A stretch of 64,000 bases of DNA, taken from NCBI GenBank assembly GCA_963708135.1, contig OY970192.1, positions 448,001-512,000 of the forward strand, in the 5' to 3' direction. The stretch is from an uncultured Gemmatimonadales bacterium (GTDB lineage Bacteria > Gemmatimonadota > Gemmatimonadetes > Longimicrobiales > RSA9). The notes beneath the pieces are model-generated. The model saw only the letters and a program-made list of their open reading frames with translations. It ran no database searches and was not told the DNA's origin. Of the stretch, positions 28,684 to 36,761 are shown one piece after another. The translations under genes and the position numbers were made by a program. Position 1 is the stretch's first letter. Each line of letters opens with the position of its first letter.

Positions 28684-30543
28684 ATGAGCGCGAGCACCGC
28701 GGCACCCGCCGCATCCACCCGCCCCGAGGACATCGCGAAGGGGCTCTTCCCGCACCAGGTCGAGGGCGTGGCGTTCCTGCTGCGCCGGCGGCGGGCGATC
28801 CTGGCCGACGACATGGGGCTGGGCAAGACCCGTCAGGCCATCACGGCCCTCAAGGTCGAGGAGCCGGCCGGGCCCTACCTCGTCGTCTGCCCGGCCAGCG
28901 TCAAGCGCAACTGGGAGCGCGAGATCCGCACGGTGCTGCCCGGCGCCGCGGTCCGCATTCTCGGCAGCGGCGCCGACGGCGGAGGCGGGCTGCCGGGCGC
29001 GGAATGGGTCGTCGTCAACTACGACATCCTGAAGCGGCACGAGGCCGCCCTCGCCGCCGCGCCGTGGGCCGGCGTGATCGTGGACGAGGCGCACTACCTC
29101 CGCAACCAGAAGAGCCAGCGCAGCGCGAGCGCGCGCCGGATCGTTGGCGCGCTAAGCGACCCGGTCGTCTACATGCTTACCGGCACGCCGCTGGCCAACC
29201 GCCCGCGCGACCTCTTCGCGCTGCTGCAGCTGGCCGGCCACCCGCTCGGGCGCAGCTTCCTGAGCTACGCCAGGCGCTACTGCGCCGCGTACCGCAACGA
29301 GTGGGGCTGGGTCACCGACGGCGCCTCGAACCTGGAGGAGCTCGCCGTCGAGCTGCAGGGCCTCATGCTGCGGCGCACCAAGGACGAGGTGCTCGAGCTG
29401 CCGCCCAAGCTGCGCACGTGGCTGCCGGTCGAGGTGCCCGACGGCACCGGACGCGACCAGGCCGCCGCCGTCGTCCGCCACCTCCTCGCCGCGCGCGGCA
29501 TCGGCCGGCTCACCGCGCGCGACCGCGACGCCGGCGGCCCCGGCGGCCGCACCCGCCTGCTCGCGACGCTGTCGACGCTCCGCCGCACGCTCGCCGTGGC
29601 CAAGGTCCCGGCCACGCTCGAGCTGGTCGAGGGCGCCGTCGACCAGGGCGAGAAGGTCATCGTCTTCAGCGGCTTCGACGAGCCCGTCCAGCGCATCGCC
29701 GGCCACTTCGGCGATGCCGCCGTCCGCCTCACCGGCGCCACGCCCGCCGGGAAGCGGCAGGAGCTCGTGGACCGGTTCCAATGCGACGATGGCGCGCGCG
29801 TCTTCGTCGCCAACCTCATTGCCGGCGGCGTCGGGCTCAACCTCACCGCCGCCCGGCAGGTCGTCTTCAACGACCTCGACTGGGTCCCCTCCAACCACTG
29901 GCAGGCCGAGGACCGCGCCTACCGCATCGGCCAGACGAACACCGTGCACGTGACCTACGTGGTCGCGGCGGCCACCGCCGACGACTTCGTGCGGAGCGTC
30001 CTCCAGACCAAGTCCCGCCTCATCGACGCCGTCGTGGACGGCGGCGCCGCGGACGAGGGTGCCGCCTCCGGCGACGTCCTATCCGAGCTCGAGCGCCTCC
30101 TCTCCGCGCTGTCCCCCGGGCTTGCGGATACCCGCCCCGACGACCTGTCGGCGGAGGATGTCGCGGCGCTGCTCCGGGATGCCGCCGCCCTTGCCGAAGT
30201 TGGTCGTGCCGAAGTTGGTCGTGCCGGTGTAGGTCGTGCCGGTTCTGGTCGTGCCGGTGTAAGTATTGCCCCCGTTAGCGGTTCAAATCCCCCCACCCCC
30301 GCCATGCTCCACGCCCTCGCCCTCCTCCGCGATGCGCTCCGCGGCCCCGCGCCGACCCGCTACACCTGTGACAGCAGCTCCGGCCGCGGGACGTACGACC
30401 TCGTCGTGGATGCCTCCGGCGACGTCGCCTGCTCCTGCCCCGGCTTCTCCTACCGCGGCGCGTGCAGCCACGCCCGCGCGCTGAAGCAGGCGCTGGTGAG
30501 GGGCGGGGAGCTGCCGGCGGCGTACAGGGCCGTCGAGAGCTGA
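28684..30543 (+). CDS. SNF2-family helicase with C-terminal SWIM zinc finger
   Basis: LADDMGLGKT, VDEAH, LTGTP, LRRTKDEV, GGVGLNLT, QAEDRAYRIGQ; terminal CSCPGFSYRGACSH. Confidence 0.92.
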   Translation: MSASTAAPAASTRPEDIAKGLFPHQVEGVAFLLRRRRAILADDMGLGKTRQAITALKVEEPAGPYLVVCPASVKRNWEREIRTVLPGAAVRILGSGADGGGGLPGAEWVVVNYDILKRHEAALAAAPWAGVIVDEAHYLRNQKSQRSASARRIVGALSDPVVYMLTGTPLANRPRDLFALLQLAGHPLGRSFLSYARRYCAAYRNEWGWVTDGASNLEELAVELQGLMLRRTKDEVLELPPKLRTWLPVEVPDGTGRDQAAAVVRHLLAARGIGRLTARDRDAGGPGGRTRLLATLSTLRRTLAVAKVPATLELVEGAVDQGEKVIVFSGFDEPVQRIAGHFGDAAVRLTGATPAGKRQELVDRFQCDDGARVFVANLIAGGVGLNLTAARQVVFNDLDWVPSNHWQAEDRAYRIGQTNTVHVTYVVAAATADDFVRSVLQTKSRLIDAVVDGGAADEGAASGDVLSELERLLSALSPGLADTRPDDLSAEDVAALLRDAAALAEVGRAEVGRAGVGRAGSGRAGVSIAPVSGSNPPTPAMLHALALLRDALRGPAPTRYTCDSSSGRGTYDLVVDASGDVACSCPGFSYRGACSHARALKQALVRGGELPAAYRAVES

Positions 30544-30554
30544 GCCGGTCGCCG

Positions 30555-30770
30555 GCGTGGGCGGTGGTGTGTGGCGCCATCGCCGCCCACCCGGCGCCGA
30601 GGGGCGTCCGGGCCGCCGATCGAGGGCGTCCCGGGGTCTGCGCCGCGCCCGGGCGCGCGGTGGGCGGTGCGTGGCGTCATCGCCGCCCACCCGGCGCCGA
30701 CGGGCGTCCGGGCCGCCCGCTTGAGGGTGTCCCGGGGTCTGCGCCGCGCCCGGGCGCGTGCGGTGGGCGG
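30555..30770. repeat. ~100-bp direct repeat, two copies
   Basis: catcgccgcccacccggcgccga...cccggggtctgcgccgcgcccgggcgcg occurs twice in tandem. Confidence 0.8.
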
Positions 30771-31019
30771 GGAGCCCGCCGCGCCCGGGTCGCCCGGAGC
30801 CGGCGTCGCCTGGCCGATCATGTTGTTGGATCGTTCACCCACGGCCGCCGCGGCAGGGCGACGGATCCACCGGCCCGAGCGGCTGAACCTGGGTGTGCAA
30901 GGTGGCCGAGCCCGTGATGGACTACGACGACGAGCAGTAGCCACGCCTCGCGCCGCCCCGCCCTGCCGGCCGGGCTCGGCGGACACAAAATGCCAATCGT
31001 CGCGGCTCCAGGCGTCGAT

Positions 31020-31160
31020 TGCGTTTCCTGTACGCTATCCGCACACAATCGACCATGCGTCCGCCCGCGCGCCGGACGCGTGCCGCATCTCGTCCGCATG
31101 GCGTACACGATCCGCCAGGCGCGCATGGGAACGCGGCGGTTGGTCAATTGTGTCCGCCCG
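31020..31160. repeat. 60-bp-period imperfect palindromic array, family A copy 2
   Basis: CTGTACGCTATCCGCACACAAT (31028), TCCGCATGGCGTACACGAT (~31093), TTGTGTCCGCC (31148). Confidence 0.65.
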
Positions 31161-31220
31161 CGCGCGCCGGGGAGCCGACATGTTGTCCGCGTCCACCGAG
31201 GCAGAAGCCGAGTGGGTGTT

Positions 31221-31810
31221 CGGGATCCGGGATGTGGGATGCGGGATCCGTGATGCGGGATGCGGGATCCGGATCCGGGATCCGGGATCCGTGATGCGGG
31301 ATGCGGGATACGGGATGCGGGAGATCGAGCTCGCCGGGCCGGCGGGAGGCGAGCACGATCGCGCAGCCGAGACAGCCCGGACCATCCCGACCGCGATTCG
31401 TCTCGGAAACCGAGCAGAAGTGGGATCCGGCGACGTCGCCGCCGCGCCCGTTGCGCGTTTGTTCTCGGATACCGAGCAAAATCGGGATCCCGGCGGCCGC
31501 CGACGCTTCCATCGGCCGATTTCACTCGGCCCGCCGCGCGGCCCCCCCGGCAGCCTGCAGGCCCCGCCCGGGCCCCGCCCCACGCGCCGCCCCCGCCCCG
31601 CCCGCCCCGCCCCCCGCGCCGCCCCCGCCCCGCCCGCCCCGCCCCCCGCCCGCACCCCGCCCCCCGAGTGGGCGAGTGGGAGACCGGGCGACGCTCCCGG
31701 CGCCCGCGCGTGCGGCGGCCACCACCCCGCGCTCCCCGCACCCCGCATCCCGCCCCGAGCCCCGAGCCCCAAGCCCCGAGCCCCGAGCCCGAGCCCCGAG
31801 CCCCGAGCCT
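31221..31810. repeat. Composite repeat tract: (GGGATSC)n heptamers, 62-bp-period TCGGAWACCGAG palindromes, C-rich run, one GAGTGGG element end, (CCCGAGC)n
   Basis: Directly visible at 31221-31322, 31403/31465, 31560-31660, 31666-31693, 31753-31809. Confidence 0.8.
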
Positions 31811-31819
31811 CGATCCCAC

Positions 31820-31841
31820 TGTCACCCCCCCTCCCCATCTT
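31820..31841 (+). promoter_or_regulatory. Candidate PafBC-type promoter of VWA gene
   Basis: TGTCAC-N10-CATCTT about 40 bp before ATG 31883. Confidence 0.5.
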
Positions 31842-31882
31842 CCCACCTGCACGCCGGCACCGACCCCGAACCCGAGGGCACC

Positions 31883-32668
31883 ATGAACACGCAGCTCCTG
31901 CTCGACCACGAGCCCCGCGCCGACGGCGCCACGCTCGTGCGCGCGCTGCTCCGCGTCACGGGCAGCGCGCCCGCCGACGCGGATCGCGCCCGCCTCAACC
32001 TCGCCCTGGTCCTCGACCGCTCCGGCTCCATGGCGGCGCTGTCCAAGCTGGCGCGGGCGAAGGAGGCGGCGGCGCTCCTGGTGCGGCGATCGGGCGCGGA
32101 GGACGTGGTGAGCGTCGTCGCCTACGACGACGAGGTGCGGACCGTGGCCGCGCGCGTGACGGGCGCCGGGCGCGAGGAGCTGCTCACGCGCATCGGAGAG
32201 CTCGACGCGGGCGGCACCACCAACCTCTCCGGCGGCTGGCTGCGGGGGCGCGAGCTGGTGGCGGAGGGTATCGCGGACGGCGGCGTGAACCGCGTGCTGC
32301 TGCTCACCGACGGCCTCGCCAACGCGGGCATCACCGACCCCGGCCAGCTCCGCGACCTGGTGGCCTCCGCGGCCGCGGCCGGCGTCTCGACCACCACCAT
32401 CGGCTTCGGCGCCGACTACGACGAGGCGCTGCTCCGGCTGCTGGCCGAGGCCGGCGGCGGCAGCACCTACTACATCGAGGAAGGCGACCAGGCGCCGGCC
32501 GTCTTCGCCGCCGAGATCGAGGGGCTCATGGCGCTCGCCGCGCAGAACGTCGCCGTGACCGTGGCGCCCGCGTCGGGCGCCTGGGCCCGCGCGGCGAGCA
32601 ACCTCGCCTCCTTCGAGCCCGTCATGCGCGCCCGGGCCGCGAAGCGGCGGCGCGGGCCGGAGCAGTAG
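31883..32668 (+). pseudogene. VWA-domain protein, C-terminally truncated
   Basis: LNLALVLDRSGSM MIDAS, LLTDGLAN, TTIGFGADYDE; homology to the 24166-24813 C-terminal part is lost after AQNVAVTV. Confidence 0.75.
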
Positions 32669-32711
32669 GCCGGCAGCACCCACGTGGCACGGCGAGGAGC
32701 CAGATTACTGC

Positions 32712-33002
32712 TCAGCGTCGGGACGTTGCGGAGCGCGCCGCGCGCGCATCCTGGATGGTCACGACCTCGACCCGATCGGCCTTTTCGTCGTAGGCAAAGA
32801 CGATCAGCATCCAGCGCCATGGCCCGAGTATGTACCTGAACCCCTCCCAGCGGCCGGTCAGCGCCTCACCGCTTTCGGGGAATTCGGTGAGCTGCCGGAG
32901 TCGTGCCCGAACCCGTGGGTGCGTGTCGCGGGGGAGCTCGAGTCCGCGAATGAGCAGGTCGAGGTCCTCCACGGCCGTGGGGGCGACGACCACCACGGCC
33001 AC
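32712..33002 (-). CDS. RelE/ParE-family toxin
   Basis: VVVAPTAVEDL, LTEFPESG, VEVVTIQDAR; 96 aa, downstream of antitoxin-like gene. Confidence 0.8.
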   Translation of the reverse strand: MAVVVVAPTAVEDLDLLIRGLELPRDTHPRVRARLRQLTEFPESGEALTGRWEGFRYILGPWRWMLIVFAYDEKADRVEVVTIQDARAARSATSRR

Positions 33003-33005
33003 GAC

Positions 33006-33263
33006 TCAGAGCTCGTCCAGAGGAATTCCTTGCCCGGCCCGTGTTTCCCGGAGCCCTCGCCGCGCCCGCTCGTAGGCGCCAGGGATCGCGTCGAGTAGCT
33101 CCACGATCGAGCCCGGATCCGGTGCGGCCTCTTCGATCGCCGTGGACAGCAGGGAACGGGCGAGGGTCCCCGGATTCACGTGCGTCCTCTCGGCCAGCTC
33201 ATGCAGCTTCATGGCGTGTCGCTCGTCGAGCTGGACATTGAATCGGGTCGTCCGTTTGGCCAT
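33006..33263 (-). CDS. Putative antitoxin (ribbon-helix-helix-like)
   Basis: RFNVQLDERHAMKLHELAER; ends RAGQGIPLDEL; 3 bp from the toxin start. Confidence 0.75.
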   Translation of the reverse strand: MAKRTTRFNVQLDERHAMKLHELAERTHVNPGTLARSLLSTAIEEAAPDPGSIVELLDAIPGAYERARRGLRETRAGQGIPLDEL

Positions 33264-33406
33264 GGGTCCGCTCCATGCACGTTTCGTGTTGATCCGTAAC
33301 ATGATGGCACGCGCCGCTCCACGCCAGGTGAGGCGCCCAACGGGCCAACGCCCGACCATGGCACCAGTGCGGCCGAGGAGTTCAGGTCGCGTCCGACGCG
33401 GCGCCT

Positions 33407-33708
33407 TCAGTCCCAGCGCAGGAGAGTCCCGAGCTTCTGGAGGACCTCCGTCACCGCCTCGGCCGGTGCGCGCCCGGCCCGCTCGGCCTGGCGGCCAGCG
33501 CGGGACGGCGCCCGCTCTGCTCGTCAACCATCTGCAGGTTGAATTCCATCCAGACCAGGTCCCCCCGGTCCGCGAACGGCCTGCCACGCCTCACCATGCC
33601 TCCGCGCCAACACCCGGACCCGTGTCGGTCTCCCCGTGCAGGTTCTCGGGCGTGAGGCCGGCCAGTAGCTGGTCGAGCGAGAAAGGAGATTGCGCCAGTG
33701 GCGTGATC
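33407..33708 (-). pseudogene. Decayed mazE-mazF duplicate
   Basis: Matches 24836-25295 (tcagtcccagcgcaggag..., ccgcgccaacacccggacc...) with mazF middle and mazE 5' end deleted. Confidence 0.88.
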
Positions 33709-33776
33709 GCGTGGAGAACGCAAGTGCCTGACGCCGCGGGCGCATGGGCCAGGAGGATGCTCCCTCAAACATATGG

Positions 33777-33805
33777 TTGCGATTCTCCCGACTATGTCCC
33801 ATAAT
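33777..33805 (+). promoter_or_regulatory. sigma70 promoter of pafB-like gene
   Basis: TTGCGA-N17-CATAAT, conserved in the duplicate at 25695. Confidence 0.65.
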
Positions 33806-33887
33806 CCCATGGTCGCGCGGCACCCCCTCGCCGCGCACGCTGTTCCGCACATTCCGACAGCTCTTTTCAGCGTTCCCTGGCGGCGAC

Positions 33888-35015
33888 GTGGCCATCACGA
33901 AGACCCAGCGCTGGCTCGACCTCATCACGTTCCTCGTCCAGCGGCACTTCCCGGTGCCCGTGGACGAGCTCATGGACGGCGTCCCCGCCTACCGCGCCAG
34001 GTGGCGCGCCGGCGATGGGACGGCGCGCGCCACCGTGCACCGCATGTTCGAGCGCGACAAGGACGAGCTGCGCGCCGCGGGCATCCCGATCGAGACGGTG
34101 GAGTACACGATCGAGCACGGCACCGAGCAGGCGACGGGCTACCGCCTGCGCCGCGCCGACTTCTACCTGCCGTACCTGCGGATCGTCCAGAGGAAGACCG
34201 ACGAGGCGGTCCCCGCGTCGGGCGGTCGTGGGAAGCGGAGTGTCCCCGCGTCGGGTGCGGAAGGGCAGGGCGGCACCGGCAGTCTCGATCTGGAGCCCGA
34301 CCAGGCCGTGCTCGCCGTCGACGCGCTCCACCGGGTGGCGGCGCTGCCCGCCTCGCCATTCGCGCGCGACGCCCGCAGCGCCCTCTCCAAGCTCACCTTC
34401 GACCTGGATGGCGACGTCGTCGCCGAAGCGCCCGTGCTCTACGCCGACCCGCCCGGCCCGGCCGGCACGCGCGAGGCGCTCGAGCTCCTCGCCCACGCCC
34501 TCGCCCGGCGCGCGCGCGTGCGCTTCCGCTACCACGGCATCGCGCGCGGGGAGGCCACGGACCGCGACGTCGCCGCGTACGGGCTCCTCTACCAGCATGG
34601 CCAGTGGTACCTGATCGGCCACGACGCGCTGCGGGGCGCCATCCGCGTCTTCCGCGTGGGCCGCATGGAGCGTCCGGAGGCAGGCGACGCGGCGGGCTAC
34701 GAGATCCCCGCGGATTTCGACGTCGCCTCCTACGCCAGGCGCGAGGCGTGGGAGCTGGGCGAGGAGGAGCCGGTGGCGTGCGACGTCCGCTTCGAGTTCC
34801 CGCTCGCCCTCTGGGCCGAGCGGAACGGCAAGGGCGAGCGGGTCGAGGAGCTGCCCGGCGGCGCGGCGGTGCGTCGCTTCCCGGTGCGCCAGCCCGAGGC
34901 GTTCCTGCGCTGGCTGCAGACCTTCCTCGGCGACGCCGTCGTCCTCGCGCCGCCCGCGCTCCGCGCCGCCCAGGCCGACCTCGCCCGCCGCACGGTGGAG
35001 GCGTATGGCGGATAG
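33888..35015 (+). CDS. pafB: PafB-like HTH-WYL-WCX regulator
   Basis: RMFERDKDELRAAGIPIE (PafB signature), ALSKL, WYLIGHDALRGAIRVFRVGRM. Confidence 0.88.
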   Translation: MAITKTQRWLDLITFLVQRHFPVPVDELMDGVPAYRARWRAGDGTARATVHRMFERDKDELRAAGIPIETVEYTIEHGTEQATGYRLRRADFYLPYLRIVQRKTDEAVPASGGRGKRSVPASGAEGQGGTGSLDLEPDQAVLAVDALHRVAALPASPFARDARSALSKLTFDLDGDVVAEAPVLYADPPGPAGTREALELLAHALARRARVRFRYHGIARGEATDRDVAAYGLLYQHGQWYLIGHDALRGAIRVFRVGRMERPEAGDAAGYEIPADFDVASYARREAWELGEEEPVACDVRFEFPLALWAERNGKGERVEELPGGAAVRRFPVRQPEAFLRWLQTFLGDAVVLAPPALRAAQADLARRTVEAYGG

Positions 35016-35027
35016 GGCGCCGTTCTC

Positions 35028-35300
35028 TTATGGCTTGTTCGGCTTCGGTGCCGGCCGGCCGCGCAGCATCCCCTGCACGCTGATATCCTCGTCGACGTCC
35101 GGCCAGTGTGCGCCCTTGCCGTTGCCGATCAGCCGGACATTGGCGCGCTGCTCCGGCGTCGCGCGCGAGAGGCGCCACGACCAGGAAAGTGGGACGCTGA
35201 TGGTGCGGCCATCGGTCAGGACCGCGGTGATCGCGTCGTCGGATACCGAGACGGATGTCATGAGGGGTTCAGGCGTCGCCGCAGTGCTCGGTCCATGCAT
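35028..35300 (-). CDS. DUF2442 family protein (putative TA component)
   Basis: LTDGRTISVPLSWSWRL, ATPEQR, GAHWPDVDEDISV. Confidence 0.88.
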   Translation of the reverse strand: MHGPSTAATPEPLMTSVSVSDDAITAVLTDGRTISVPLSWSWRLSRATPEQRANVRLIGNGKGAHWPDVDEDISVQGMLRGRPAPKPNKP

Positions 35301-35511
35301 GCTGTATCGCCTCCCTATGCCGGGATACGCGCTTCCGGATCCGATTCAGCTCGTGCGCCGAGAAGCCCGCGTTGAACGCGAGGGAAACGGGGTTCAGCCA
35401 GAACTTGCAGGTGGCCCCATCCCGCTCCGCGTGGACATGCATCGCCTCGGCGCAATCGAAGCTGTAGAAAAAGAACCGGTGCGGGCCGAAAATTCCAGGG
35501 ATCGTCGGCAT
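35269..35511 (-). CDS. DUF4160 family protein (putative TA component)
   Basis: MPTI...RFFFYSFD...MHVH...KFWLNPV...GFSAHEL. Confidence 0.88.
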   Translation of the reverse strand: MPTIPGIFGPHRFFFYSFDCAEAMHVHAERDGATCKFWLNPVSLAFNAGFSAHELNRIRKRVSRHREAIQHAWTEHCGDA

Positions 35512-35581
35512 GGTCCGCCACATTGCAGCCGCCGGATGGGCATGTCCATAGCACTGCGGGACGTGGCCCGGGAGCCCCGCC

Positions 35582-36523
35582 ATGCCCGCTGACACCGCGG
35601 GCCAGCGCATCGAGCGCATCCTTCAGATCCTCCCCCTCGCGGCGCGCGAGGGCGGCATCGCGTGGGACGAGCTGGCCGCGCGCCTCGGCGTGGAGCGTCG
35701 CGCCCTCGAGCGCGACCTGGCCGAGGTCACCGACCGCGAGTTCTACCACCCGCCCGCCTCCGCCGACGACATCCAGGTGGGCATCGAGGCCGACCGCATC
35801 CGCGTCTGGACCACCGGCCCGCTGCGCCGCCCGCCCCGCCTCACCGCGGGCGAGGCCGCCGCGCTGGACCTCGGCCTGCGGATCCTGGCCGCCGAGCGCG
35901 AGGACCCCGCCGCCCGCGAGGCCGTGCGCGCCCTGCTCGAGCGCGTCGCCCGGAGCGTCCCCGACGACCTGCTCGACCATGTGGCCGCCGACGGCGACCC
36001 CAATGCAGGAGACGCCATCCGCGCCCTCGCGATCGACGCCGCCCGCCGTCGCCGGCGCTGCCGGATCCGCTACCTCAAGCCCGACGCCGACGCCCCCGAG
36101 GACCGGGAACTCGAGCCGTACGCGATTGTCAGTGCCGGGGGTTACTGGTACGCCCTGGGCCGCTCCCCCGAGCGGGACGCCGTGCGCGCGTTCCGGCTGG
36201 ACCGCATCCTCGAGGTCTCCGTCGGCCCGGAGCGCTTCGACGTCCCGGCCGACTTCGACCCCGCTGACTATCTCGACGGCGGCCGCGTCTACCGCGCCGA
36301 CGAGGAGGTCGAGGTGGTCGTCCGCTACAGCCCCCGCGTCGCCCCCTGGCTCCGCGAGCGCGGCGAGGGCGAGGCGCAGGAGGACGGCAGCGTGTTGGTG
36401 CGGTACCGCGTCGCGGACCCGGGCTGGGTGGTGCGGCATGTGGCGGGGTATGGCGGGGAGGCGGAGGTGGTGGGGGAGCGGCCAATGATCGCCGCAGCTT
36501 CCCTGAAGGGTGATCCGCGTTGA
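35582..36523 (+). CDS. pafC: PafC-like HTH-WYL-WCX regulator; extreme C-terminus appears replaced
   Basis: RIERILQILP, ELAARLGV..ERDL, RPPRLTAGEA, YWYALG, VRAFRLDRI; composition changes after EAEVVG (~36478). Confidence 0.85.
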   Translation: MPADTAGQRIERILQILPLAAREGGIAWDELAARLGVERRALERDLAEVTDREFYHPPASADDIQVGIEADRIRVWTTGPLRRPPRLTAGEAAALDLGLRILAAEREDPAAREAVRALLERVARSVPDDLLDHVAADGDPNAGDAIRALAIDAARRRRRCRIRYLKPDADAPEDRELEPYAIVSAGGYWYALGRSPERDAVRAFRLDRILEVSVGPERFDVPADFDPADYLDGGRVYRADEEVEVVVRYSPRVAPWLRERGEGEAQEDGSVLVRYRVADPGWVVRHVAGYGGEAEVVGERPMIAAASLKGDPR

Positions 36524-36761
36524 GCGAGGGAGAAGTGGCCGCCGCGGTTTGGTTCGCCAGCGAGGCACTGAAGGAGCAGCACTTCTCGTTTATCACCCGG
36601 TCCGGCGTGGTCGAGCGGGCGTACCGTCTCCGTATCTACAACGCGCCTACTGCGGCGGCAGGGGCAGATGCGGACCAGCGCGCCGACCGCTCTCCCAGCG
36701 CGCCGGAACCAAGCCCTCGCCCCGGCGGGAAGGCATTGTCGCCCTTGCTGTGGGAATAGGA

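Noticed and set aside
30880..30940. Short plus-strand peptide ...KVAEPVMDYDDEQ-stop resembling a gene tail
   Set aside because: Too short to assign and no supportable start
36520..36759. 79-aa ORF between pafC and the helicase
   Set aside because: No recognisable motif or RBS; probably junction debris
36734..36760. PafBC-type promoter before the DUF4011 helicase (CATTGTCGC)
   Set aside because: No acceptable -10 hexamer at 10-11 bp spacing
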